A stretch of 64,000 nt of DNA from an uncultured virus (IMG/VR IMGVR_UViG_3300033149_002847) (lineage: Duplodnaviria; Heunggongvirae; Uroviricota; Caudoviricetes). Below the pieces are notes generated by a model. That model saw only the letters and a program-made list of their open reading frames with translations, did no database searches and was not told the origin of the DNA. A program made the position numbers and the translations under genes. The stretch lies in the IMG/VR virus record IMGVR_UViG_3300033149_002847. The stretch is one strand, 5' to 3'. Of this stretch, positions 1 through 8,900 are shown one piece after another (within the stretch, counting starts at the first letter, position 1; each line of letters opens with the position of its first letter).

Positions 1-266
1 TCACCTTTTGACTCATCATTTTCCGGGGTTTCCGGGGTTTCCGGGGTTTCCGGGGTTTCCGGGGTTTCCGGGGTTTCCGGGGTTTCCGGGGTTTCCGGGG
101 TTTCCGGGGTTTCCCCATCTATAGGTATACTATCAGGATTAGCTACCAGCCAAGCTGTCATAGTATCCCTAAGTTTACCCTCTCCCCAACGTTTATCATA
201 TTCAAAACCCTTAAGGGTTTCTGCAACTTTTTTTAATTCCTCAAAACTTAAACCTGTTAAATCCAT
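1..266 (-). CDS. Hypothetical head-region protein with (ETP)10 repeat, partial (runs off window edge)
   Basis: Not in the ORF track. SD AAAAGGAGAA precedes ATG at 266; reads [20 protein letters not shown]...DG(ETP)10ENDESKG with no stop before position 1. Confidence 0.8.
   Translation of the reverse strand, partial: MDLTGLSFEELKKVAETLKGFEYDKRWGEGKLRDTMTAWLVANPDSIPIDGETPETPETPETPETPETPETPETPETPETPENDESKG
20..114. repeat. Perfect 9-bp tandem repeat (tttccgggg) x10
   Basis: Ten exact copies counted directly; encodes ETP on the minus strand. Confidence 0.97.
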
Positions 267-278
267 AAAATTCTCCTT

Positions 279-575
279 TTATACCCATGACATCCATGTA
301 ACAATCAAAAAATCCGATGATGTATCTGTCCCAACATCATTATTAATAACACCATCAGCCGATATTGTAAATTCGCTTGTTAAATCAGCAGAAAGAGCAG
401 CTGTTGAATGGTGCATAACACTTACTAACTGATCACCAATAGCAATATCCACAACTGTATGATCTCCAGCAACTCCACCAGCTATTCCTTTGCTCATTAC
501 AAGGGTTTTAGTCCTTTTTAGCAAACCACTGAAAACAGGAAAAGCCTTTATCAATCTATCTTTAAAATTAGCCAT
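279..575 (-). CDS. Putative head decoration/structural protein
   Basis: 98 aa, beta-rich, SD GGAG, directly downstream of the major capsid gene. Confidence 0.55.
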   Translation of the reverse strand: MANFKDRLIKAFPVFSGLLKRTKTLVMSKGIAGGVAGDHTVVDIAIGDQLVSVMHHSTAALSADLTSEFTISADGVINNDVGTDTSSDFLIVTWMSWV

Positions 576-587
576 ATTATCTCCAAT

Positions 588-609
588 AGAGGGGCGGTTA
601 AGCCCCTCT
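588..609 (-). other. GC-rich hairpin after the capsid gene (stabiliser or attenuator)
   Basis: agaggggc-ggttaa-gcccctct; no U-tract on the coding strand, and the next SD follows within a few bases. Confidence 0.6.
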
Positions 610-614
610 TCAGT

Positions 615-2036
615 TTAGAACCAGTCGATATCAGCATGACCAAGATTCTTAAGAATAGCGTTCTGTCTTGCTATCTTAAGATCAGGTGTACCATACCAAA
701 CTTCAAGGAAAGGCTGTGAAGCACGAGTTCTACCAAGATCAAATCTCATAAGATCCATAAAAGAATCCCACTGATAAGTAGGTGTAAAACCATCAGAAGT
801 AAGCATCAGTATTTCAGCAGTTCCTGGTAATTCATCGTTCTGATCAAGAGTATCAGTAGTAGCAGCTCCTGAATCAGCAATTCTGTACATTTCTCTCTGA
901 TCTGTTCCGGTTGTCACATCTTTCTTACCACGAGTAATAATATACCCAGTAGCCAGAGGAGCAGCACCCTTAGTAATAGTTATTTTAGCTTCCTCGCCAG
1001 TAGCAAGTACTACGTTCACAGCATTAGATACAACAGAGATTAACCCAGACGCATCAACAGCAAAAACTGAATACCTGTAAGTACCAGCAGTAGCAGCTAC
1101 AAAACCAGTACCACCAGAAGTAGCCTGAGCAACACCAACAATACTAGGCGCAGTAGGTCTAAGTGTACTAAGAGTGGAAGCTACAGGAACACCTTTAACT
1201 TTGTAAAGTTTGTCTACACCAGCCCGGCCAGAAATCCATACATCCTTACCATAAGAAGTCTGATAAGAAGTAAGTTTTTCACCAATAACCCTGGAAGAAT
1301 CGTTATATCTCATACGATCTTCAAGAAGATCCATAAAGTCTTTAGCTATAATTGGAGGAAAGAACATATCAGATACTTCTCCACCCTGTTCATACACCAA
1401 ACGGATAGTATCATCAATTATCGCCTTACCACCTGCATCAGACACTTTAAGACCTCTCATATCCTTAACGTTCTGAGCAGCTTCTTTTCTAATCATCTGA
1501 GGATAACCATCAGGAAGATTAGGAGAAGCAAGAGTATTACCCTGAAAACAGAAGTACTCAGTACCTTTCAAAAGTACATGCGCACCCAGTCTTTCTTCAG
1601 TTGCTTCAGCAGCTCCACCCAAAGTAGGATTAAGCATAATAGCCTGAAGGGATACTTCTCTTTTTGTCTGGAAATATTTCATATTACGTGTAATTCTTTC
1701 GAATTCAGCATTAGACTCAATAGGATCACCAAGTTCAGCAGTACCTATACCCTCATAGCTTCCAGATTCCTGTTCCTGAGTATATTGATGGACTGTAGAA
1801 CCAACTTTACGCTTAGGCTGTAGTCTCATCAATTTAAAATCCTCAGGACGTTCAGCAAGAGCCGATACAAGTTGAGGTTCAAGAGATTCAAACTGAAGTG
1901 TATTACCACTTGTTCCCATTGCTCCTGGATTAGCAGAGTCACCAGCAGTCAAAGCCTTATAAAGGTTCTGAGCAGCACTTGCACTCGCAATTTCATTCGG
2001 CAAACCCGAATCATTGAATGTTAAATTTTCGTACAT
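615..2036 (-). CDS. Major capsid protein (SPO1/Twort-like HK97 fold with beta insertion domain)
   Basis: KALTAG...TLQFESLEPQL N-terminus, STVHQY, EYFCFQGN, PDG, GTYRYSVFAV insertion; follows the prohead protease. Confidence 0.88.
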   Translation of the reverse strand: MYENLTFNDSGLPNEIASASAAQNLYKALTAGDSANPGAMGTSGNTLQFESLEPQLVSALAERPEDFKLMRLQPKRKVGSTVHQYTQEQESGSYEGIGTAELGDPIESNAEFERITRNMKYFQTKREVSLQAIMLNPTLGGAAEATEERLGAHVLLKGTEYFCFQGNTLASPNLPDGYPQMIRKEAAQNVKDMRGLKVSDAGGKAIIDDTIRLVYEQGGEVSDMFFPPIIAKDFMDLLEDRMRYNDSSRVIGEKLTSYQTSYGKDVWISGRAGVDKLYKVKGVPVASTLSTLRPTAPSIVGVAQATSGGTGFVAATAGTYRYSVFAVDASGLISVVSNAVNVVLATGEEAKITITKGAAPLATGYIITRGKKDVTTGTDQREMYRIADSGAATTDTLDQNDELPGTAEILMLTSDGFTPTYQWDSFMDLMRFDLGRTRASQPFLEVWYGTPDLKIARQNAILKNLGHADIDWF

Positions 2037-2039
2037 AAT

Positions 2040-3515
2040 TTACTCCTTCACCAGCATATCTACAATTTCAGGATCTACGGCAGATATACCACCTCTTCTG
2101 AAAGCAAGACTGGCAGTAGATCTCTTATCACCAGAGACACCCTTATCTACCATAGATTTCATCAAAGTTGCACTCGTAATACCCTGAAGCTTATCTACCT
2201 GAGCTTTTTCAAATCTATCAAAAGTCTTAAGGTTGCTTACTTCAGTAACTCTTGGTAGAGGCATATCAGCGATACTTTTAATAAGTTTAGAATCATTAAG
2301 AGCAACAGTTCCAAGAGATTTCATTACAGCTCCCTGTTTTTCTGTTGCTTCAATAAGAGATTTCACCATTCCTCTAAGTTCATCATTCTGACTTTTAAGG
2401 ATGCCTACATCTTTCTTAAGATCTACTACGTCCTGAGAAGCATCATAAACACCATTTAGTTCAAGATCTTCCTCGGAAATAGATTTTTCAACCGTTTTAG
2501 GTTTTTCCTCTTCATAAGCCGGAGCATCCTTATCTTCTGCCTCATACTTACCATCAGCAAGTTTTTTGTACATATATCCACCTTTACGGACATAAGTTCC
2601 ATCATCCTTGCTCTTTGACATACCACCATCCCCAAGATCTTCAAGAGCTTTCAACAGCTCATCGGTGGATGTGTCAATTTCATTTGCAGCATTTTCGTTT
2701 TCTGCCATAATCACATCTCCTAAATATTTTTTTAGCATCTTGAGGATATCCCTGGACTTCTCTTCTGAGACCCCAGAATTCACAAGATGTCTAATTGCAT
2801 CGTTAGACTTTTTTATTTCTTTATTTCTAATTTTATGTACTAGAGCTTTTATAGTATCTTTTTCACTGGATTGCATCTGTAGGGTATTCCCACCAGTCAT
2901 TTCAGCAGGATTTGCCGATGATCCAGCAGTTAAAGATTTGACAAACTCTTTAGGTGATAAGATTACACTTCCTAAAGTTTGATTGACTGGTTTGTGTGTG
3001 AGAGCAACCTCATCCCAATCTACACCTATAATTGTAGGAATTTCTTTATATGTTTTAGGATCAAATTTCATTGCCTTTTGAACTTTACGACCACCCACAG
3101 AGGCATAAATCGTACCTATTTTATCTTTAAGTTTACCTATAATCTCTTTTGCTATTGCATTAGACTTGGAAAGTGTAGCTTTTACAAAAACTGTAGGCTT
3201 CCCTGAATGACCTATACCTTCCCATGCCTTAGAGGGTTTACCCATGATATACTTTTCAGGATTCCATTCTGGGTCCCATTTATAGTTATCAGGTGAAGCT
3301 ATATGTTTATGGTCATAAGAAATAACACCGTTTTTTAAAAAGTACTCCCTACTATCCATAAGGGCAGATTTCATTACCTGTTCTTCTTGATAATCTAAAT
3401 TCTCATTTGAAGCCTCGATAATGATAATAGGATTTCCGTTTTTATCAGTTTCCCATTCATCATTTACTATCGACTTAGAGATGGTTGCTTCTGTATAAAT
3501 CCTGTTTTCTTCCAT
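2040..3515 (-). CDS. Prohead protease fused to a scaffold domain
   Basis: ASNENLDYQEE, ISYDH (His), ASVGG (Ser), EVALTHKPVN; acidic coiled-coil C-terminal half. Confidence 0.85.
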   Translation of the reverse strand: MEENRIYTEATISKSIVNDEWETDKNGNPIIIIEASNENLDYQEEQVMKSALMDSREYFLKNGVISYDHKHIASPDNYKWDPEWNPEKYIMGKPSKAWEGIGHSGKPTVFVKATLSKSNAIAKEIIGKLKDKIGTIYASVGGRKVQKAMKFDPKTYKEIPTIIGVDWDEVALTHKPVNQTLGSVILSPKEFVKSLTAGSSANPAEMTGGNTLQMQSSEKDTIKALVHKIRNKEIKKSNDAIRHLVNSGVSEEKSRDILKMLKKYLGDVIMAENENAANEIDTSTDELLKALEDLGDGGMSKSKDDGTYVRKGGYMYKKLADGKYEAEDKDAPAYEEEKPKTVEKSISEEDLELNGVYDASQDVVDLKKDVGILKSQNDELRGMVKSLIEATEKQGAVMKSLGTVALNDSKLIKSIADMPLPRVTEVSNLKTFDRFEKAQVDKLQGITSATLMKSMVDKGVSGDKRSTASLAFRRGGISAVDPEIVDMLVKE

Positions 3516-3518
3516 AAC

Positions 3519-3553
3519 AAAAAAAAGACCTACCCCGAAGGATAGGTCTTTTT
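3519..3553 (-). terminator. Intrinsic terminator with cUUCGg tetraloop
   Basis: GACCTATCC-TTCG-GGGTAGGTC followed by T8; ends 3 nt before the protease ATG. Confidence 0.85.
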
Positions 3554-3573
3554 ATAAAGCTCCTATTACTTGT

Positions 3574-3601
3574 AGTATAAGAACTTACATAATTATGTCA
3601 A
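3574..3601 (-). promoter_or_regulatory. Sigma70-type promoter
   Basis: TTGACA-16-TATACT. Confidence 0.65.
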
Positions 3602-3611
3602 GTACTAAAAA

Positions 3612-3962
3612 CTAAATTTGATCTTCTTCATTGTTTCCCTCCTTTTTTGTCCCTCTCCCAGTTACTAAAACTTCAATCTTGAAATTCTTTTTTATTTCAG
3701 TCTCGGCATCTTCTATCAATTTAACAATATCTTCAACTCTACTATGAAGATTTTCTACATTATCCCTACTATTAGGCTGTCCAGTAATACTTGAACCTAC
3801 TTCTTTACGCAAAAACCCAAGAAGTGCCTGGTAGATTACACCGTAAAAATATCTTATTTCATGTATCCTAGGATTACCTTCCTTGTCTTTGCCCTCTCTT
3901 TTTTCTATAAGAACAAATCCACCACTATCTTCTTCGATAGAATAAACATCATTTAAAATCAT
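3612..3962 (-). CDS. Hypothetical protein
   Basis: 116-aa ORF on the coding strand. Confidence 0.6.
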   Translation of the reverse strand: MILNDVYSIEEDSGGFVLIEKREGKDKEGNPRIHEIRYFYGVIYQALLGFLRKEVGSSITGQPNSRDNVENLHSRVEDIVKLIEDAETEIKKNFKIEVLVTGRGTKKEGNNEEDQI

Positions 3963-4032
3963 ACATACTGCTCTCTACTGGAATAGATCCTTTTTCTGAT
4001 AGCCAATATTTCTGTAATATTAAGCCCTTTCC

Positions 4033-4368
4033 TCATACTTTTAGGAATATGAGTTTATACCATCCTTTATAGCTATTAGGATTTTTATTAAAGATTTCAT
4101 CTTTAATAGGTTTGAAACGAGGTATATAAGCCATTGCAGGATCTTCTACAAATGAAGATGTGTTATTAAACAAGAACCTCATAAGTCCTTTAAATCCTTT
4201 CATCATTCCTGACATGAAAGAAAGAGAAATAAGAGCAAGCCAGGCTTTATCATTATTGTTAAAATGAATAGTCTCTTTTCTCCGGGACTTCTGCATAGCC
4301 CTATCGGCTTTTCCGTAAGCACTCATGTTTCCAAAACCTAATTGTGTTCTTCTTGATTTTCCCTTCAT
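4033..4368 (-). CDS. Hypothetical protein
   Basis: ATGA overlap with def. Confidence 0.6.
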   Translation of the reverse strand: MKGKSRRTQLGFGNMSAYGKADRAMQKSRRKETIHFNNNDKAWLALISLSFMSGMMKGFKGLMRFLFNNTSSFVEDPAMAYIPRFKPIKDEIFNKNPNSYKGWYKLIFLKV

Positions 4369-4802
4369 ACTGTTTCTCCTTTTGTTTTACATGAAATTCC
4401 GTCTAAATGATCAAATTCGTGTTGAAATACTTGAGCTTCTTTACCAGATAGCTTTCTATGCATTTCAACACCTTCTGAGTTAAACCAACTTACAAGGACC
4501 TGTTTAGGTCGTTTAATAATAAATTCAGTTCCTGGATAAGTCAGACATCCTTCCCTGAAAGTTCCAATTTTCTCACTGGGTTTTATTACCTGGGGATTGA
4601 TTATTAATACAATTCCTTTTAATCGATAATCTTTCATTATGAAAAATCTCTTAAGTATACCAACTTGTGGAGCTGCTAAACCGATACCATGATTATCTAC
4701 CATGATTTTTTTCATTTTATCAGCATCTTTCTTTACTTGTTCAAAATCATCTACAGGTATACATTTACAGCCTTCAACCTTCTTTGCTTCGACTAGCTTC
4801 AC
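4365..4802 (-). CDS. def: Peptide deformylase
   Basis: All three motifs: GIGLAAPQ, EGCLT, QHEFDHLDG. Confidence 0.95.
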   Translation of the reverse strand: MKLVEAKKVEGCKCIPVDDFEQVKKDADKMKKIMVDNHGIGLAAPQVGILKRFFIMKDYRLKGIVLIINPQVIKPSEKIGTFREGCLTYPGTEFIIKRPKQVLVSWFNSEGVEMHRKLSGKEAQVFQHEFDHLDGISCKTKGETV

Positions 4803-5013
4803 TTTCCAACCTCCTTACTTTAATCCAGTTTTCACGGGTAACTATTCTAACTCTTTTATCTTTATGTTCTGAAGCAGAAAGACTGTAATAATCTTCAGCT
4901 TTTTCTACCCATAGTGTTATATCCCATTCTGTTAAATCAGTAGATTTACCGTTTACATAAACAATTATAGGTATTTCTTTTGTTTCTCCAAATAAAGAAA
5001 ATTGAGCTGTCAT
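4774..5013 (-). CDS. Hypothetical protein
   Basis: Packed ORF in the operon. Confidence 0.55.
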   Translation of the reverse strand: MTAQFSLFGETKEIPIIVYVNGKSTDLTEWDITLWVEKAEDYYSLSASEHKDKRVRIVTRENWIKVRRLESEASRSKEG

Positions 5014-5164
5014 TATTCAACCCTATCAATAGTTTCTTCTAAAACTACAAGCTTTTCAACGTCCTGAGCATTTATATTACCAGTAACCCTAAAATCCTGC
5101 CTAAGTTGTCTTTTCAGCTCTCTCACTTTTTGTTCCCAAATTTCTTTCATGTGTTCTCCTTTAT

Positions 5165-5542
5165 TTATGCTATTTTGACAAACTTTTTATCCCACTTTCC
5201 TACGGTAATATTATAGAAAAAATTACAATTAGGATAATCAGCTCCCATATCTCCAGCATTTCTATCTTCAAATTGTTTTACATTATTGATAATCTTCTCA
5301 ATTCTATTAAAGACATATCTTAAAACATCATTATCCTTATAATTATCATCAATATAATAATGGTTTATTTCATAATTACCTTTGTTTTCAGGATCTAAAT
5401 TGACTTTTGATTCCATTATTTGTACACGTACTCCAGAACAATCTTCTTTAGTTATTGAAAACTTCCAACCTTTTTTTGCAGGAAATACTTTTTTAATTTC
5501 TGTTCTGATTGCCTTTACATCTTCAGTACTTATATAAGCCAT
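5165..5542 (-). CDS. LPD29-like (large polyvalent protein-associated domain) protein
   Basis: KAIRTEIKKVFP..WKFSI..SGVRVQI and ...DY..NFFYNITVG pattern; strong SD and its own promoter. Confidence 0.55.
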   Translation of the reverse strand: MAYISTEDVKAIRTEIKKVFPAKKGWKFSITKEDCSGVRVQIMESKVNLDPENKGNYEINHYYIDDNYKDNDVLRYVFNRIEKIINNVKQFEDRNAGDMGADYPNCNFFYNITVGKWDKKFVKIA

Positions 5543-5571
5543 ATTATTTCTCCTTATTTCATCACTATTAG

Positions 5572-5600
5572 AGTTTACACCTGTTTATATGTTGTGTCAA
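5572..5600 (-). promoter_or_regulatory. Early-type promoter with conserved AACRRGTG spacer motif
   Basis: TTGACA-CAACATATAAACAGGTG-TAAACT. Confidence 0.8.
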
Positions 5601-5611
5601 GTAAAATATTT

Positions 5612-5980
5612 TTAAAATCCTGCATCTTCATCAAAAAGAGTATAAGACTGTTCTTCACCATCTATTAAAACATAATGACTGGCTGTTTTCATTATCTGTT
5701 CATGCTGATAATGAACAGCAGCAGATATAGTTCTAAGCTGCGTACCATGCCAGGCTCTATCATAAGTTATACTATCCATATACCCACCCATAAACCAAGC
5801 ATCACCTTTATAGTATTGTGCTATTAACTCTTTTACAGCCCACCAATAAGCACCAAAAAACTGGTAATTGGTTTTATCTTTTAGGATTAACTCAGCCAAC
5901 CCTCTTGCAGCTTGGGGGAGATCCTTTTCTGTTTTGCCGTAACTCTTAGCTATTTCTGTTGCAAATTCTTCACTATACAT
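5612..5980 (-). CDS. Hypothetical protein
   Basis: 122 aa, overlaps the end of the DarB-like gene. Confidence 0.65.
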   Translation of the reverse strand: MYSEEFATEIAKSYGKTEKDLPQAARGLAELILKDKTNYQFFGAYWWAVKELIAQYYKGDAWFMGGYMDSITYDRAWHGTQLRTISAAVHYQHEQIMKTASHYVLIDGEEQSYTLFDEDAGF

Positions 5981-8900
5981 TACTTACTCTCCTATAATGA
6001 TATTCATATTCCCTGGTATCTTTGCTTCTCATATATTCAACTTCATATCCCATGGCTTTTACAGGTGAATGTTTTTCACTTAATTCAGGGGGAATAGGAG
6101 TCCATTCCGCACTATCCTTTAGTTTTATATTAGGAAAATCTTTTCTGAATTGATCTATTTCTGGTTTGTAAAAAGTATCTCTCAATCCTTGAGGTATGGA
6201 CGGATCTTTTAGAGCTTCTTTAATATAATACCTACTATTTATATTCTCTGTTGATTCATCAGTTCTATCATAATCTTTTTCGAATTCAATAATATGATCT
6301 TTTATTTTATCAAGATCTGCCTTGATGTATGGATTTAATAGTACACCATTATTATTTGAATAGATGGTTACTTTATTATCAGATAGATAAAAAGCAGCTT
6401 TAGAACCTCCATAGCTTCGAGTGTGATCTCCTATAGCAACATAACCAGGATAATACTCTTTTTTATGTTGATCTGAAAGAGTGAAAAACTCTCCTGAAAC
6501 AGATCTATTATATAATATTTCATCATCTTTGGTTTTTATTCCTGGCATAGGTATAACTGGATCTTGATATCCATAACCTCCAAATCCCTTTTTAATATTC
6601 CAACTAGGAAGTTCATAGCCTTCATAATCTGGACTTTTAGGCATATAAAATTTTACTTCTCCCTTCTTAAAGTCAATACTTCTTACTCTATACAGATTTT
6701 TCCCTTTACTGTAATAATCCCCTATTTTCATAACTTTTTTATTCTTAGAATCATACATAAAAGGAGTTCTTTCACCATTGGTCAGTTCATGATTATGGAA
6801 TTCTGGATTCCCCTTCAAGGCCTCTACATAAACAGATTCCTTATTCATCATGTTCTGGTACTGCCTGGTTCCTTTTTCGCCTGTATATGACTCTAAGGCT
6901 CCCCTGACAGTACTTAACTTCTTCATAGTATCATTCATGGCTATAATGTTTCTTTGTTTAACCTTAGCCTCTTTTCGCTCTTTTATCTTGATTTTTAAAT
7001 TAGTAGTATCTTCACCCCATTCACCCTGTAAGGATATCTGCATTTCATCCATATCGAATCCTTCACCATCTGGATTAGTAAATACTGAGCTTTTAGTTTT
7101 AAGGAGAGTATTAATCCAATTCTCTTTTCCACTCACCTTAGCAATAGAATAATTATCAGTAGTTCCAGCACTTGCATAGGTATGGAGTTCTACCGATTTC
7201 TGTTTATTCCCTTGCCTGTCAATTCGCCCATTACGCTGTATAAAATCACTCGGTCTATAAGGAATATCAATATGATGCAATGCAGCAGAATTTTTCTGTA
7301 AATTAACACCTTCTCCTATTGTTCCAGTTGTTCCTATTACAACTTTATATTTACCAGAGTTAAAACCATCTATAACATCAGATACTTTAGTTTGTAGAGC
7401 TTTTTCGCTTTGCGCAGCTCCAGATTTTGTTATACCATTAACTATTACTATTTCATCTGGCTTAAAGCCTTTATCAATAAGTTCCTGTTTAATTTTATCA
7501 TGCATATTAAATGTTTTATCTGAAGAAAGAACTCTATCACAGAAAATTACCTGGCCTCCATCGGTTGCTTTCCAGTTATCTATTGAATTTTGAGCCATTT
7601 TTTCCAGTTTAGGATTCTTCCAACCTTTATAAAGGGCAGGATCATATAACTCTAAATCTAATGAAGCTGTTCTCATCTTAGAAAAGAAGGTTAAAGTATT
7701 CTCATTACTATCTCTATCTGCTTTGGGTAATTTCTTATACCTAGCAAGTTGTTCTGATAGACTTTTTAATTCTGAAACCTGATCATCGTTTTGTGATAAG
7801 ATATTAGCACGTTTTGTTGATTCTGGCTTTTCTAGGCCTATTTTAGTAGGATCATTCTGTAAATCGGTATATTTAAAGAACATATCCTGAAGACTTCTTA
7901 AATTCTTAAAACCCTTCAGTACTTTCTTATTAACCATCTTATCGCTGGACCAGTCATATTCATCACTTTGCTTGATATCTGCAAAATTCTTGATAAAATC
8001 ATTAATATTACTTATCCCTAATCTAACAAACTCTTCAGGAGCTATATGTTGTAGCATATTGTAATATTCAAGAGGGGAATTTGTCAGTGGCGTTGCTGTT
8101 AATAAAAAGACATTCTTCCCATCGTTCTTTTTTCTTATGTACTCACATTTTTTATAAAATGATAACGCTCTTTCAGATCTTCTACCATCATTAAGTCCTG
8201 TTTCCCTGGATAAACTAGAACTGAATAAATTCTTGTAGTTGTGAGCCTCATCCGTAAAAATAGCATCTACTCCTAAATCTTCAAAGGTAATAGTTTGATT
8301 CTTTTTACCACTAATCATCCTACCCCTGAGAGATTCCTTAGCTTTTTCCTTTTGTTTCTCTGTTTTTAAATCTGGCATCTGGCTAAATACTACATCTGCT
8401 GTAATTACTGCATCTTCTTCTTCAGATAACTGTATTTCTGAAGCCGAACTTTCAGGAAGGATTAGAACATCATATTCATTATTAGCAAGTTCCTGATACA
8501 TTTGATATCTAGCATCTCTATTTGAATATCCTTTCTCTTCAGGATCAACTGAACCGATCTTAAGATCTGGCATTGCAGCCTTCATTATTCTTAGCCAGTC
8601 TTTTACCTTGTTATTAGGGACCTGAAAAAGAGGTCTTTTTATCTTTCCTTCTTGTCTTAATAGAGCCATGAGGCCTACACCAGCTAAGGTTTTACCAAAC
8701 CCTGTTCCCAAGGCAGACATCCCTTTGCCTTTTTCATACAAGTGATGTATAGTCTGCCACTGCCATGGATCTAAAGTATATTTATCCCATCCATCAATAT
8801 TAACAGGATAAGTTTTATTAGGGACTCCCAGCTCTGTGTTGAATTTACGATTATATAATTCTTCCATTTCTGCCCGAAATTCTTCATGTGTAGAAATGAA

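Noticed and set aside
20..114. Tandem repeat as a CRISPR array or telomere
   Set aside because: No spacers, a 9-bp unit, and it is in frame within a coding sequence.
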